Source: Myxococcota bacterium (GTDB lineage: Bacteria > Myxococcota_A > SURF-8). Taken from it: a stretch of DNA of 64,000 nt. The number at the start of each line of letters is the position of its first letter. Position 1 is the stretch's first letter. The DNA lies in assembly GCA_963674735.2 (NCBI GenBank), contig CAXXQS010000002.1, positions 224,001-288,000 of the forward strand. The letters run 5' to 3'. Positions 16,939-28,027 of this stretch are shown here, piece after piece. The notes under the pieces were generated by a model, which was not told the DNA's origin, searched no databases, and was given only the letters and a program-made list of their open reading frames with translations. The translations under genes and the position numbers were made by a program.

Positions 16939-18174
16939 TCACTTCAAGAAGTGCACCACCAAACCCGAGCGCAGCTTGGGCTCGAACCAGGTGGACTTGG
17001 GCGGCATGATCTGCCCCGCATCGGCGATGGCCATGAGTTGCTCCATGGTGGTGGGATGCAGGGCGAAGGCCACTTCCCAGCCCTCGGACACACGTTTTTC
17101 AAGTTCCTTCAAGCCACGGATACCGCCCACGAAATCGATGCGTTTATCGGTGCGCGGATCGGCGATGCCCAAAAGCGGGTCGAGTAGATTGTGCTGCAGG
17201 ATGGAAACGTCGAGGCACCCCACCGGGTCGTTTTCATCGAAGCTGCCGGGTTTGGCCGTCAAGCGGTACCAGCGACCATCGAGGTATAGGCCGAAGTCGT
17301 GCACGCGCCCGGGCTTTGGCGCATCGGTTTCGCTCAGTTCGAAACGCTCCGCTACGGCTTTCAAAAACGCGTCTTTCGACAAACCATTGAGGTCTTTCAC
17401 CACGCGGTTGTAATCGAGGATCTTGAGCTGGTTGTGGGGGAACAAAACGGTCAGGAAGTAATTGTACTCTTCCTCGCCGGTGTGCTGCGGATTGGCGGCG
17501 CGGCGCAGGGCGCGTACACGACTCCCCGATTTCGCACGGTGATGGCCATCGGCCACATAGGTGGGATCGATGGCGGCAAAAGCGGCGATCAACTCGTCGA
17601 TCAACGCATCATCGTCGATCACCCACAGGGTGTGACGAATACCGTCCTCCGCCGTGAAATCATAAGTGGGCTCTCCCGCACTGGCACGCGCCATCAGCGT
17701 ATCAACCGCGGCACTCGCTTTGTAAGCCAAGAACACCGGACCGGCGTTGCAGTCGGTCACATCCACGTGCCTGGCACGATCGTCTTCCTTTTCCTTGCGT
17801 GTCTTTTCATGCTTTTTGATATGGTCGTCGTCGTAATCGTCCACCGCGGCGGCCACCACCAGACCGATCTGGGCATGTTCGCCCATCACCTGTTTGTACG
17901 CGTAAAGACAAGGCTTTTCATCGGGCACTAGCAAGCCGTCCTGAACGAAACGCGTGATATTGGCCGTGGCCTGGGCATACACGCGTTCGTCATACAGATC
18001 AATCGCCGGGTCGAGATCGATTTCCGGCTTGTTGACATGCAAAAAGGTGTTCGGCTTGCCTGCCGCCATACGGCGCGCTTCATCGGAATTGATGACATCG
18101 TAGGGAGGCGAAGCCACTTCGGCCGCCAGGTGCTGGGGGGGACGATAACCGGTAAACGCTTTGATTTTCGCCAT
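16939..18174 (-). CDS. DUF1015 family protein
   Basis: PPYDV, IKKHEKT, YVADGHHR, MPPKSTWFEPKLRSGL; ATG at 18174 with GGAGGA RBS. Confidence 0.92.
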   Translation of the reverse strand: MAKIKAFTGYRPPQHLAAEVASPPYDVINSDEARRMAAGKPNTFLHVNKPEIDLDPAIDLYDERVYAQATANITRFVQDGLLVPDEKPCLYAYKQVMGEHAQIGLVVAAAVDDYDDDHIKKHEKTRKEKEDDRARHVDVTDCNAGPVFLAYKASAAVDTLMARASAGEPTYDFTAEDGIRHTLWVIDDDALIDELIAAFAAIDPTYVADGHHRAKSGSRVRALRRAANPQHTGEEEYNYFLTVLFPHNQLKILDYNRVVKDLNGLSKDAFLKAVAERFELSETDAPKPGRVHDFGLYLDGRWYRLTAKPGSFDENDPVGCLDVSILQHNLLDPLLGIADPRTDKRIDFVGGIRGLKELEKRVSEGWEVAFALHPTTMEQLMAIADAGQIMPPKSTWFEPKLRSGLVVHFLK

Positions 18175-18317
18175 TGGATTCCTCCGGGTGAAAGGTTGCC
18201 CGTCGTGCTGCGCGCAGAATAACGAAAGCCGCTCGGCAAGGCAAGCAAAAGGCGAACGAACCGCCAATACCACCTTCTCACCTCACTCCTTCCGACCACG
18301 CAGAGTGTCAAAAACCC

Positions 18318-18383
18318 TTGACCGCGCCTGACGCGCTGCGATATAGTGAGAAACGTTTTCAGAATTTTCAGAATGAGCTGAAA
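18318..18383 (+). promoter_or_regulatory. sigma70 promoter and probable autoregulatory operator
   Basis: TTGACC-N18-TATAGT; tandem TTTTCAGAA x2 and an inverted repeat TTTCAG-N6-CTGAAA (18366-18383) abutting the ATG. Confidence 0.6.
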
Positions 18384-18384
18384 C

Positions 18385-18900
18385 ATGACTCCCCCTCTCG
18401 ATCAGTTGGAAACTCGCTTCGCGGAAGCCATGGCTCGCTTTGCCAAAGAAGTGGGGATTGTCGGCGCGACGGAAGGCCGCTTGCTGGCGCGTTTGATTCT
18501 GGGGGATGAACCGCTTACCCAGGACGACCTGATGGCGCAGGTGGGGGCCTCACGCGGAAACGTCTCGACCGCGCTGAAAATCCTGGCCGAAGGAGGCTTC
18601 ATTCGCACCACCACCATGCGTGGCTCGCGCCGAGCCTATTACGAAGCCCAACCCAACCTCTGGCGCGTAACCATCGGCTTCGTGCTGATGCGCATCGGTC
18701 ACCAGATCGAAGTGGTGCACCAGGAATTCCTCACGCTTTTAGAAGACGGCCGCGATGTCAAACGCAATGGCGGCTCGGCCGAGGAACGCCGAAATGCCGC
18801 CCACTTGCTACGCCAAGTGGAACGCCTCACCACCTATACCGACGGTGCACGCAAGCTTCTGCAAACCGTGCGCAAACTGGTCGGACGCGACGCCGTCTAG
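18385..18900 (+). CDS. GbsR/MarR-family transcriptional regulator
   Basis: wHTH PLTQDDLMAQVGASRGNVSTALKIL ... RRAYYEA. Confidence 0.88.
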   Translation: MTPPLDQLETRFAEAMARFAKEVGIVGATEGRLLARLILGDEPLTQDDLMAQVGASRGNVSTALKILAEGGFIRTTTMRGSRRAYYEAQPNLWRVTIGFVLMRIGHQIEVVHQEFLTLLEDGRDVKRNGGSAEERRNAAHLLRQVERLTTYTDGARKLLQTVRKLVGRDAV

Positions 18901-18956
18901 GCTGCCAGCCGAACTCTCCAACGAATCTTATTTACAGGTAAGAAATGCGACCCACT

Positions 18957-20168
18957 CTATGGCGATACGGGTGATGGGCTTTTTTCGGACGGCTCCGCGT
19001 TCACGGCAGCCGATTCAGATGGCTCCACCGGCTTTTTCGGGGTCGCGTCCACACGCGGGGCCACCTCTCCCTTGGGAGCCGGTTTGGCGGTCACGTCGGG
19101 TTTCGCCGGGACGGTCGTTTTCGCTTCGGGCTTAGTTTTAAGCTTCGATTTGGGTTTCCGCAGCTTCGGCGCGGGAGGCTGTTCGGCGGGAACATCATCC
19201 ATGGTCGCTCCCGATTCGGACGGGGGAAACTCGAAGCGCTGTGATTCGGGATGCGCCTTGCGCCCGCCTTTGCTCTCGGGAAAAGGGTCGACCTTTCCAT
19301 TGAAGGCGGCCTCGGCCGACTTCTGCGCCCAGCTTGGAAGGTTTTTCTTGTCCTTCTCGTTTTTCATCCGGCCATGCACTTCGCTCAAACGCAAACGAAC
19401 CACTTCCGGATTGGGGTAGGTGGACAACGCCGACTCATAAACCTGCGCCGCCTCTTCGTTGCGTCCCATTTTGAGTAGGCAGTTGCCGACTTCGAAAGCA
19501 GCCAACCGCGCGTAGTAGCTACCGGGAAAGCGTTCCGAAACCGCTCGGTAATCGACCATGGCTTCCGCCCAGCGCTCCTGATAAACCAGCGCATCGGCGA
19601 CGCGAAAACGAATTTCAGCCGACTGGGGCGCATCGGGAAACTGCTCCAGAAAGGCGCGGCCCTGCACCGCCGCCTGTTCGAACTCATGCATCGCCAGATA
19701 GATATCCATCACCAAACGCCGGACCTCGCCGATGCGCGCATCGCGGGGAGACCGTTCTATCAGTTCTTCATAGATCGCCGCCGCCCGGTTCGGGTTGTTC
19801 AACTTGTCCCGATAAATGGCCGCCGTGCGCAGGCGGGCCGTCAAGGTCGCGGGGGCGGGATCGAGCAGTAACGCCATTTCATCATAAAGCGCCGCCGCCC
19901 GTTTGAAACGTCCCAGGTGGGTTTCGAGAATCTCTCCCGCCATGAGATAGGCATCGGCCAAAAGATTCTTTGCAGCGGGGGTTTGTTCTTCCTGTGCCTC
20001 GCTGATCGCTTTCAGAAATTCGGTCTCGGCCCGCTCATAATCCTTTTCGGCGTAATAGGTCAGTCCTTTTTTATAGAATTTCTCCGAGTTGGGAGAAACA
20101 AACAGATAGTAAGCCCCGGCAGCCAGGGCCACTAAAAGCAGGATCGGCATCCAACGCGACGTATCCAT
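18957..20168 (-). CDS. Membrane-anchored TPR protein (BamD/CpoB-like repeats) with a Pro/Lys-rich tail
   Basis: N-terminal hydrophobic anchor; TPR-like repeats (FLEQFPDAP, SERFPGS); 21 bp downstream of gyrA. Confidence 0.85.
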   Translation of the reverse strand: MDTSRWMPILLLVALAAGAYYLFVSPNSEKFYKKGLTYYAEKDYERAETEFLKAISEAQEEQTPAAKNLLADAYLMAGEILETHLGRFKRAAALYDEMALLLDPAPATLTARLRTAAIYRDKLNNPNRAAAIYEELIERSPRDARIGEVRRLVMDIYLAMHEFEQAAVQGRAFLEQFPDAPQSAEIRFRVADALVYQERWAEAMVDYRAVSERFPGSYYARLAAFEVGNCLLKMGRNEEAAQVYESALSTYPNPEVVRLRLSEVHGRMKNEKDKKNLPSWAQKSAEAAFNGKVDPFPESKGGRKAHPESQRFEFPPSESGATMDDVPAEQPPAPKLRKPKSKLKTKPEAKTTVPAKPDVTAKPAPKGEVAPRVDATPKKPVEPSESAAVNAEPSEKSPSPVSP

Positions 20169-20189
20169 GGACAGACCTTCGGCAGGCGC

Positions 20190-22739
20190 TTAGGCCTCAC
20201 CGTCCTCATCATCAGACTCGTCGGCCCCGACGGGCTTGGCCACCGAATCCAGGGAAAGCTGTTCGGGCAGGACATCGTCCAGGTCGTCGCCGTCTCCAAG
20301 GCCCTCTTCCCGATCATCGCGCTCGGCCATCTTGGCCACCACCGCCACATGATCGTCCTTGCCCAAGTTGATCAGACGCACACCCTGGGTGTTGCGGCCA
20401 ATCACGTTGAGACCGCGCATCTTCATCCGCAGAATGATGCCTTTGTTGGTGATCAACATCACGTCGTCGTCATCGGTGACCTGGTAGACGCCCACCACAT
20501 CGCCGTTGCGCTCGGTGTTCTTGATGGTAATGATACCCAAACCACCGCGTTTCTGCACCCGGTAATCCTCGGTGCGCGTGCGTTTACCGAAACCGTTTTC
20601 AGTAACGGACAGAATTGTGGCGCCCTCCGACAGCACATCCATCGCCACCACGCAGTCGTCTTTGGCCAGGCTGACGCCGCGAATTCCGCGCGACACGCGC
20701 CCGATGGGCCGCACGTCGGTTTCGGGGAAACGGATGGACTTGCCTTTCAGGGTGGAAAGCAGAATATGTTTGGTTCCGTCGGTCAGCCGCACGGAGATGA
20801 TCTCGTCCCCCTCATCCAGCTTGATGGCCTTGGTGCCGTTGCTGCGCGGGTTGGAGTAGGCATTCAACTCGGTCTTTTTCACCACGCCTCTTTTGGTGGT
20901 GAACACGACGTACCAGCCGTCTTTGTATTCGCGAATCGGCAAAATGGCGGCCGGACGTTCTCCCTGAGCCATGCGCACCAGATTGACGATGGCTTTGCCG
21001 CGTGCGGCGCGCCCGCCCTGGGGGATTTCATGCACCTTCAGCCAGTACACCACCCCATGATCGGAGAAAATCAACACCGTATCGTGGGTCGAAGCCACAA
21101 ACAGATCGGTCACGATATCTTCCTGCTTGGGCTTGACGCCGGTTTTGCCCTTCCCGCCCCGGCGCTGGTTGCGATAGAGGCTGATGGCGTTGCGCTTGAT
21201 ATAGCCGGAATGGGTACAGGTGACGACCATATCTTCTTCAACGATCAGATCCTCGATACTGAGTTCCACCGTATCGGCCAAAATCTCGGTACGCCGCGGA
21301 TCGGCGAATTTCTCGCGCGCCTGCTTGAGCTCGTCCACGATCACCTGCATGAGCAGTTTCTCGCTGGCCAGAATCGCCTTGAAACCCTCGATCAGCGCCA
21401 GGGTGTCTTTCAACTCCTGGACGATTTTGTCGCGTTCGAGACCGGTGAGGCGTTGCAGACGCATATCCAGAATGGCCTGAGCTTGGCGTTCGGAAAGCTT
21501 GAATTTTTTAATCAAGGCGGCTTTGGCTTCGGCCGGATTTTTGCTGGCGCGAATCGTTGCCACCACTTCGTCGATATTATCGAGCGCGATCTTCAAACCT
21601 TCGAGGATATGGGCGCGTTCCTCAGCTTTGTTCAACTCGAACTGCGTACGGCGCGTCACTACGTCCCGACGATGGTCGATGAAATGTTGCAGCATCTTGA
21701 CCAGGGTCAGCACGACCGGCTGGCCGTTGACCAGCGCCAGCAGGATGATTCCGAAGCTGGTTTGCATCTGGGTCATTTTGTAGAGGTTATTGAGCACCAC
21801 GCCCGCCACGGTATCGCGCTTGAGTTCCATCACGATGCGCATGCCGTCACGATCGCTTTCGTCGCGCAGATCCGAAATGCCTTCCAGCTTCTTGTCTTTG
21901 ACCAGCCGGGCAATCGATTCGATCAACTTGGATTTGTTGACCATGTAGGGAATCTCGGAGACGATGATCGATTCGCGATCATTGCGCCGGTTGCGTTCGA
22001 TGAGTGCCCGCGCCCGCAGTTTGATGACGCCACGCCCGGTTTCATAGGCTTTGAGAATGCCCTCGCGCCCATAGATAAACCCGAAGGTGGGGAAATCGGG
22101 GCCAGGAATCAATTCCATCATTTCGGGCAGGGTAAGCTTCGGATTTTCAATCAACGCAATGGCGCCGTCGATCACTTCACCCAGATTATGCGGCGGAATA
22201 TTGGTGCTCATCCCCACGGCGATGCCCGCCGCGCCGTTGATCAACAGATGCGGCACCCGTGCGGGAAAGACCAGCGGTTCACTCTCGGAACCGTCGTAGT
22301 TGGGGGCGAAATCGACCGTGTCTTTTTCGAGATCGGTGATCAGTTCTCCGGCGATTTTATCGAGACGCACTTCCGTATAACGCATGGCGGCTGCCGGATC
22401 GCCATCCACCGAACCGAAGTTGCCCTGGCCATCCACCAACGGGTAACGCAGCGAAAAGGGCTGGGCCATACGCACGATGGTGTCGTACACGGCCGAATCG
22501 CCGTGCGGGTGGTATTTACCGATTACGTTACCGACCACGCGGGCCGATTTTTTGTAGGGCTGGTTCCAATAGTTCTTCATTTCGTGCATGGCATACAAAA
22601 CGCGCCGATGCACCGGCTTGAGGCCGTCGCGAACATCCGGCAAAGCGCGCGCGATGATGACCGACATGGCGTATTCCATGTAACTGGTCTTCATCTCGTC
22701 TTCGATATTGACCGGAATCTCTTTGGGTTGAAACAACAT
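20190..22739 (-). CDS. gyrA: DNA gyrase subunit A
   Basis: [23 protein letters not shown], GyrA-box QRRGGKG. Confidence 0.98.
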   Translation of the reverse strand: MLFQPKEIPVNIEDEMKTSYMEYAMSVIIARALPDVRDGLKPVHRRVLYAMHEMKNYWNQPYKKSARVVGNVIGKYHPHGDSAVYDTIVRMAQPFSLRYPLVDGQGNFGSVDGDPAAAMRYTEVRLDKIAGELITDLEKDTVDFAPNYDGSESEPLVFPARVPHLLINGAAGIAVGMSTNIPPHNLGEVIDGAIALIENPKLTLPEMMELIPGPDFPTFGFIYGREGILKAYETGRGVIKLRARALIERNRRNDRESIIVSEIPYMVNKSKLIESIARLVKDKKLEGISDLRDESDRDGMRIVMELKRDTVAGVVLNNLYKMTQMQTSFGIILLALVNGQPVVLTLVKMLQHFIDHRRDVVTRRTQFELNKAEERAHILEGLKIALDNIDEVVATIRASKNPAEAKAALIKKFKLSERQAQAILDMRLQRLTGLERDKIVQELKDTLALIEGFKAILASEKLLMQVIVDELKQAREKFADPRRTEILADTVELSIEDLIVEEDMVVTCTHSGYIKRNAISLYRNQRRGGKGKTGVKPKQEDIVTDLFVASTHDTVLIFSDHGVVYWLKVHEIPQGGRAARGKAIVNLVRMAQGERPAAILPIREYKDGWYVVFTTKRGVVKKTELNAYSNPRSNGTKAIKLDEGDEIISVRLTDGTKHILLSTLKGKSIRFPETDVRPIGRVSRGIRGVSLAKDDCVVAMDVLSEGATILSVTENGFGKRTRTEDYRVQKRGGLGIITIKNTERNGDVVGVYQVTDDDDVMLITNKGIILRMKMRGLNVIGRNTQGVRLINLGKDDHVAVVAKMAERDDREEGLGDGDDLDDVLPEQLSLDSVAKPVGADESDDEDGEA

Positions 22740-22845
22740 ATTTCGTCACTCCCTCTCGAAGCGTTTGAGACCCAACTATATGTTTTTCATAACGTATTTC
22801 ATATAGGTCGCGCGGGACTCCCGCGGGGTTGGTCCGTTTCGCTTC

Positions 22846-22874
22846 AATATAGAAAATGCGGGGGCAAAAGTCAA
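22846..22874 (-). promoter_or_regulatory. sigma70 promoter of gyrA
   Basis: TTGACT-N17-TATATT with an AT-rich tract upstream (about 22900-22930). Confidence 0.65.
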
Positions 22875-23025
22875 GGGATTTCAGCGAAGGAACGTCACCC
22901 TATCTTGTTGTTATTATTTATTATTTTATGATCCATACACAAACATGAGATGGGAATGAAGACCCAGGGAAATGAAGCGGGAAAAACCCCTGCACCCGTA
23001 GTCGGAAGCCGGGGTTTTCAAATAC

Positions 23026-23056
23026 CGACGGCCGGTCCGTTGAAGACCGGCCGTCG
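23026..23056 (-). terminator. Hairpin/terminator after the A2M gene
   Basis: 12-bp perfect stem CGACGGCCGGTC/GACCGGCCGTCG; the U-tail is weak. Confidence 0.55.
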
Positions 23057-23107
23057 CAGAAAGTCCGGGAAAAGGTAGGAACGCAGGGGGTTCTCCGGAC
23101 TTGATCC

Positions 23108-26100
23108 CTATTCGGTAACGTTAAAGGCCACCGGCGCCGTGGTACTCTCCGATTCAGGCTCGTAATAGGGAGCCGCAGAGGCCGAGCCGGAACTGCCCTC
23201 CATGGGGAAACGAGCTCGCAACTGGTAGGTGAGAGACAAGGTCTCCCCGGCGGCGATGCGCTCCACATAGAGAATGAGCTGCCGTCCGGCCACTTCATAG
23301 CGTTGCAGCGCCGTATTTTGCACCTGCTCCACCAGATCGTCGGGCACCAGATCAAAGCCCGGCGGCAAGCCGATATCCACCAGCACCATCAGGACATTGG
23401 CGTCCGAGACGTTGCCGATGGCGGCCGTGGCGGTCACGATATCATCCACGGCCAGAGTGGTTTTATCGTAGCTGATGTCGATGGTGAGCGGACCGCCCGA
23501 ACCGTAAGGGTTCTCCTCGCCCGGCACCCAGTAACTCGATACGACCGAGTACATCAAGTTGCCTTCGCCACTGACCACCAGCTCAACCGCATTATCGCCT
23601 TCCACCAGGAATTCACTCAGATCGACATACTGCATCACCTCGGAGTTGTTGGCATCGACCGTCACCGTACCGCCCAGACTGCCGTTGGCATTGACGATGA
23701 TGGTGGCGTTTGATTCCTCAACCTGCGATCCCAGCGAAGCAATCATGAAACGTAGAGCCTGAATAGTACCGGCTGTTGTAGACCAATTGCCGAAACTGTC
23801 TTTTTTCGACAGCAGCCAGTCCATGATACCCGGCACCAGGTTGGTGTTCTGACCGGCACGGATGAAAGCCTGCCCCACGAGGCCGGTCGTTTCCATTTCG
23901 GCCGAACCACCCGAGCCATACATCTCGGTTTGCTCTTCCTGAGTCCAATAGATTTTGCCGTCCTCGTCCTCGACACGGGCTTCGTACAGGTCATCGAGGA
24001 CCGAGTCGAGTGCGGAATTGTCGGGATCGGCGGCCGTCAGCATCATGGCAAGAAGCGCCAGAGTGTAATTGTCGCCCGCCGCCTCGGAGCGGTTCTGTAC
24101 CGCCCAGTTGACACCCGCCGACACCGCGCCCCCGCTGAACCCGCTTTCGGCCAGGGCGTAGGTGATGTAAGCGGTGGTGCGCAGTTTGGACGATGTAAAG
24201 TTGTTGGTCGCGCCTTCGTGGATGCCGCCCGCGTCGAAGTCGTAGGAACCATCGCCGTTTTGCAGCGCCGCCAACCAATTTTGGGTACGTGTGATGATGG
24301 CCTCGTCCACGTCGTGGACCTTGCTCATGTCGCTGAATTCCAGCAACCCATAAGCGGTGAGGATGCGGTGGGCCGGAGTTTCACCGAACCACTCGAAACC
24401 GCCGCCGTCCACTTCATACGATACCAGCCGCTGATAGCCCTGACTGACATAGTCGCGCGCTTTCAACTCGATTTCGGGCGTGCTCTGGCCGGTCAGCGCC
24501 ATGTAATCGAGCACCAGCACGTTGGGGTAGGTGGCGGAGCTGGTCTGTTCGAAACAGCCCGAGGGCATCTGCAAGAGGCTATCAAGGCCTTCGATCATCT
24601 GGGAGAACAGGCCGGGGTAGATCTTCACCCACATACGCGAGGCATCGTCCACGGCCAGTTCAGGAATATTGACGGTGATGCTTTTCGATCCGTCGAGTCG
24701 TCCCGATTCGGCGTTACGCACTTCCAAACCATCGGGAATGACTTCAACCCGACGGCGAATGGCGTCACTCATCTCGCTGCCAATGGCGGTGACGGTAAAG
24801 TCGTGCCAACCCACCTTGACCACCTTGACCGGGAAATAGATACCGGTAACGGAACTGGGACCGACGGTGATGGAGCGGGTCTGACCTTCGAGGAATTCGA
24901 TCCAGTCGCCTGCCGCCGCCTCTAAATTGATGGTCTGAGGAGATTGCAGATAGTTGTAGATCGCGATGGGCACGGCCACAATGTCGTTTTGCGTCAGAGT
25001 GGCGGGAAAGTCGATGTCGACGAAAAAGTCCTGGTAAACGATCACATTGCCCACGTTCGAGCCGATCTGGCCCGCCAGTGAACTGGCCAAGGCGGTCATA
25101 CGCCAACTGGTGATCGAGTCGGCCATGGTGAAGTTGATTTCGGCTTCCCCGCTCGCATCGGTGATGACGGCCGGGTTGACGTAAAGCGTTTCAGGGAAGT
25201 AGGAACGCACGCGCGGACCGTCCTCTTCTTCACCGTCATCGCTGGAGGGCTGAGCGTCGCCGTCGGGCGCATCACCATCGGCCATGTCACCATCGCCGAT
25301 GCCTTCGCCCGGGGCGTTGGGTTCGCCGTCGAGGGCATCATCGTCAAAACCGCCCTCGCCATCCCATTCGTCGCGTCCGTCACCTTTAGCGTAAAAGTCC
25401 TTGCTGACTTCCAAGTCGTCGGCAGAACCTTTCCGTTCATCCATCCCGTTGGAACGCAGGGTCAGCCGATATTCGCCGTATTCCATCGTATAAGCGTGGC
25501 CCCAGGGATCATAGAGTGGATTGGAACCACTATTGCGCTGCTCGATCCAGGCCTTGATGCCCTGTTCGCCGGTGATGAAGCCCGAATCATACAGCCAGTT
25601 CAGATGGTCGATAACCGCCTGCAGATCCTCTGAAACGCGCGTGGTGGCCGTGGCCTGCGCAGTGGAATCCACGTTGGCGAAGGTATCCACATTGACTCCG
25701 TAAGCGGCATCGGTACCGGCGGAAGCCAAGAAGGCACCGGCATACGCCTCACGTTCTTCCGCCTCATCGGAATTTTCGGGTTCCGGTTCGAGAATGTCGG
25801 CGGCATCGAAGCCGTGAATCTCGTAGCGTGGCGCAAGCAATTCCTCTTCCAACTCGAAATAGATTTTCTCCATGCCCGGTTTCATGTCCTGCAGGGCGAA
25901 GACGGCCTCGTCCACCACCTGCACGCCCAATACCGACTGCACGCCGTTTTGTTCGTTGTCTTTCACACGCAGGCTGATGGTGGCGTCTTCGGCGGGGAGA
26001 TAGGTGCTTTTGTCGGGAATGATCTCGACCGTCAGCGAGTTGGCCAGTTCAACGAAGATCAACTTGCGGTCGCGAATGATCTCACCGGCCGCGCCGAGAT

Positions 26101-28027
26101 AATAGGCCATCAATTCGACAGATCCCGACAGGGTGGCATCGAGATCGATGGCGTAACTACCTTTGCCCTCGACCAACGAAACCGTGTGCATCAGCATGGT
26201 CTGGCCATCCTTGATGACATCCAGGTAAATGCGGTCGGGCAGGTCGACGGCATCCCAACCGTCATTGGTGGCGAACAAGCCGATTTCCACCGTTTCGCCC
26301 ACTTTGTAGAGCGCCTTGTCGGTGCGTAACATCACGTATTCACGTTGGGTTTCGCTGGCGAAACTGAAAGTTTTCGAGGCCGTGTCGCCGCTGCCGGTCT
26401 GAGCGGCTACGGCGATATCGAGGCTTTCACTCTGGGGAGTAAACTCGAAGATAGCCAAGCCCCAAAGCCCGGTATCGATGTTGCTCTCATTGCCGTCGAT
26501 GGTAAGGGCGCAGGCCGCATCCAACGGACGCCCGAAGGGGTCGGTGGTCATGAGGTAGAAACGGTTTTCGATACCGGGAACCAGAGAACCGGTTTCCGGC
26601 ACCACCGCCAGCAGGATCGGATTTTCGACCACCAAGGCCGACGTGCTTTTAATCTGCTGATGACCGGCCGTGTCGGTTACAGCGATTTCCAGAAAAACGT
26701 AGGCTTTGTTCTCATCGAGAGCGGCCGCGACGAAATAGCTGGGCAATTCGAGATCGAAGTCGAACTCGCCTTCCTCGTTGAGCGTGCCGTTCAAGGTGGC
26801 GAAGGTTTCCATTTCCACATCGAACTTGCTGGCCGTGATGGTCACCGCACCGCCATCCACCGGCTTGCCGAAGAAGTAATCGGAGTTCACCGATCCGTGC
26901 AGGGTCTGCCCCGGTCGATAGAAGGAGCGGTCGGTGCTCAACTCCACATTGAATTTCGGCAAGGCGTAACGTTCGACAGTCACGCTCTTTTCAGCGGCAA
27001 ATTCGCCCACTTGGGCTTGCAAGGTGTAAACGCCCTCATTCAGAATGGTGGCCAGCTTGAATTCGGTCGCCGCCACGCCGTAATCGGAACTTTCGAGTTC
27101 CTGTTTGAAAACCTTGTTGCCTTTGGGGTCGATCACGAAGAAAGTAACCGGCATCCCGGCCTGCGGCTTGAGGTCGGGACGTTTGAGCGCCAGTGCGCGC
27201 AGATGGATGGTCTGGCCGGGTTGATACAGCGGTTTGTCGGTGGTCAAGAGCACTTTGGCCTCACGGGCAATCGACAGCGGGGTCAGAGCCTGTTCCTGCT
27301 GTTTCCCATCGGGCATGTCGATCAACACCTTGAGTTGCGCGTTGCCGAATCCCTGTGAAGGCAAATCGATACGCACATCAGTCATACCGAAGGCGTCGGT
27401 GACACCCGAGCCGACCGGCGATTCGTCGTCGTCCTGCACCAACACGAAATTGGCACTCGCCCCCTCCACCGGCTGACCGGAATTGGGCTCGTGTACGATG
27501 AGTTTGTAGAAAGACGTGCCCCCCTCGTACAGATTCTCCGAACCCATCAACTGGGCTTGCACGTAGCGATAGGTGGTATGCAAAGAACGTGTCCCCCAGA
27601 TTTTGCCATCCGTCCAATCGAGACGGAACTTCATCAGGAAACCGCCTTTGTCGCTGTCGGCAAAGCCTTCGGGCAAGTCGCTCAGCACCACTTCGGAATC
27701 TTGCAGAGCGTCCTTGAGCGTAAGCGCCACGGTGCTTTCGCTGAGGCTCTCACCCGCCAGGTCGGTAAGCGTGACCGTCAGATCGACCTTCACTTCGGCG
27801 GCGGTCTTCTGATGAATCGGAATCACGATCGACAAACCTTCATCGATCAGTTGAGACGACATCTCCGCCTCTTTGACGAACAGATTGCCCGATTCCAGGT
27901 TTTCGTTGGGATTGATCTGATAGGGATCAAACAGCGTTTTCTCGCCGCTGTCCCCACAGCCGGAGAGGACAAACGCCGCCCCAAGCAAAACAGTCAGCAG
28001 CCAACGGAAGGCTTGATTCGGTTTCAT
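23108..28027 (-). CDS. Alpha-2-macroglobulin/thioester-protein family lipoprotein
   Basis: Lipobox LSGC; TDKPLYQPGQ, YALPKF, VRSYFPET, ADSITSW, thioester GCFEQ, C-terminal VDIGLPPGF. Confidence 0.95.
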   Translation of the reverse strand: MKPNQAFRWLLTVLLGAAFVLSGCGDSGEKTLFDPYQINPNENLESGNLFVKEAEMSSQLIDEGLSIVIPIHQKTAAEVKVDLTVTLTDLAGESLSESTVALTLKDALQDSEVVLSDLPEGFADSDKGGFLMKFRLDWTDGKIWGTRSLHTTYRYVQAQLMGSENLYEGGTSFYKLIVHEPNSGQPVEGASANFVLVQDDDESPVGSGVTDAFGMTDVRIDLPSQGFGNAQLKVLIDMPDGKQQEQALTPLSIAREAKVLLTTDKPLYQPGQTIHLRALALKRPDLKPQAGMPVTFFVIDPKGNKVFKQELESSDYGVAATEFKLATILNEGVYTLQAQVGEFAAEKSVTVERYALPKFNVELSTDRSFYRPGQTLHGSVNSDYFFGKPVDGGAVTITASKFDVEMETFATLNGTLNEEGEFDFDLELPSYFVAAALDENKAYVFLEIAVTDTAGHQQIKSTSALVVENPILLAVVPETGSLVPGIENRFYLMTTDPFGRPLDAACALTIDGNESNIDTGLWGLAIFEFTPQSESLDIAVAAQTGSGDTASKTFSFASETQREYVMLRTDKALYKVGETVEIGLFATNDGWDAVDLPDRIYLDVIKDGQTMLMHTVSLVEGKGSYAIDLDATLSGSVELMAYYLGAAGEIIRDRKLIFVELANSLTVEIIPDKSTYLPAEDATISLRVKDNEQNGVQSVLGVQVVDEAVFALQDMKPGMEKIYFELEEELLAPRYEIHGFDAADILEPEPENSDEAEEREAYAGAFLASAGTDAAYGVNVDTFANVDSTAQATATTRVSEDLQAVIDHLNWLYDSGFITGEQGIKAWIEQRNSGSNPLYDPWGHAYTMEYGEYRLTLRSNGMDERKGSADDLEVSKDFYAKGDGRDEWDGEGGFDDDALDGEPNAPGEGIGDGDMADGDAPDGDAQPSSDDGEEEDGPRVRSYFPETLYVNPAVITDASGEAEINFTMADSITSWRMTALASSLAGQIGSNVGNVIVYQDFFVDIDFPATLTQNDIVAVPIAIYNYLQSPQTINLEAAAGDWIEFLEGQTRSITVGPSSVTGIYFPVKVVKVGWHDFTVTAIGSEMSDAIRRRVEVIPDGLEVRNAESGRLDGSKSITVNIPELAVDDASRMWVKIYPGLFSQMIEGLDSLLQMPSGCFEQTSSATYPNVLVLDYMALTGQSTPEIELKARDYVSQGYQRLVSYEVDGGGFEWFGETPAHRILTAYGLLEFSDMSKVHDVDEAIITRTQNWLAALQNGDGSYDFDAGGIHEGATNNFTSSKLRTTAYITYALAESGFSGGAVSAGVNWAVQNRSEAAGDNYTLALLAMMLTAADPDNSALDSVLDDLYEARVEDEDGKIYWTQEEQTEMYGSGGSAEMETTGLVGQAFIRAGQNTNLVPGIMDWLLSKKDSFGNWSTTAGTIQALRFMIASLGSQVEESNATIIVNANGSLGGTVTVDANNSEVMQYVDLSEFLVEGDNAVELVVSGEGNLMYSVVSSYWVPGEENPYGSGGPLTIDISYDKTTLAVDDIVTATAAIGNVSDANVLMVLVDIGLPPGFDLVPDDLVEQVQNTALQRYEVAGRQLILYVERIAAGETLSLTYQLRARFPMEGSSGSASAAPYYEPESESTTAPVAFNVTE

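Noticed and set aside
20190-22900. gyrA not adjacent to gyrB
   Set aside because: Split gyr genes are widespread, and gyrA has its own promoter.
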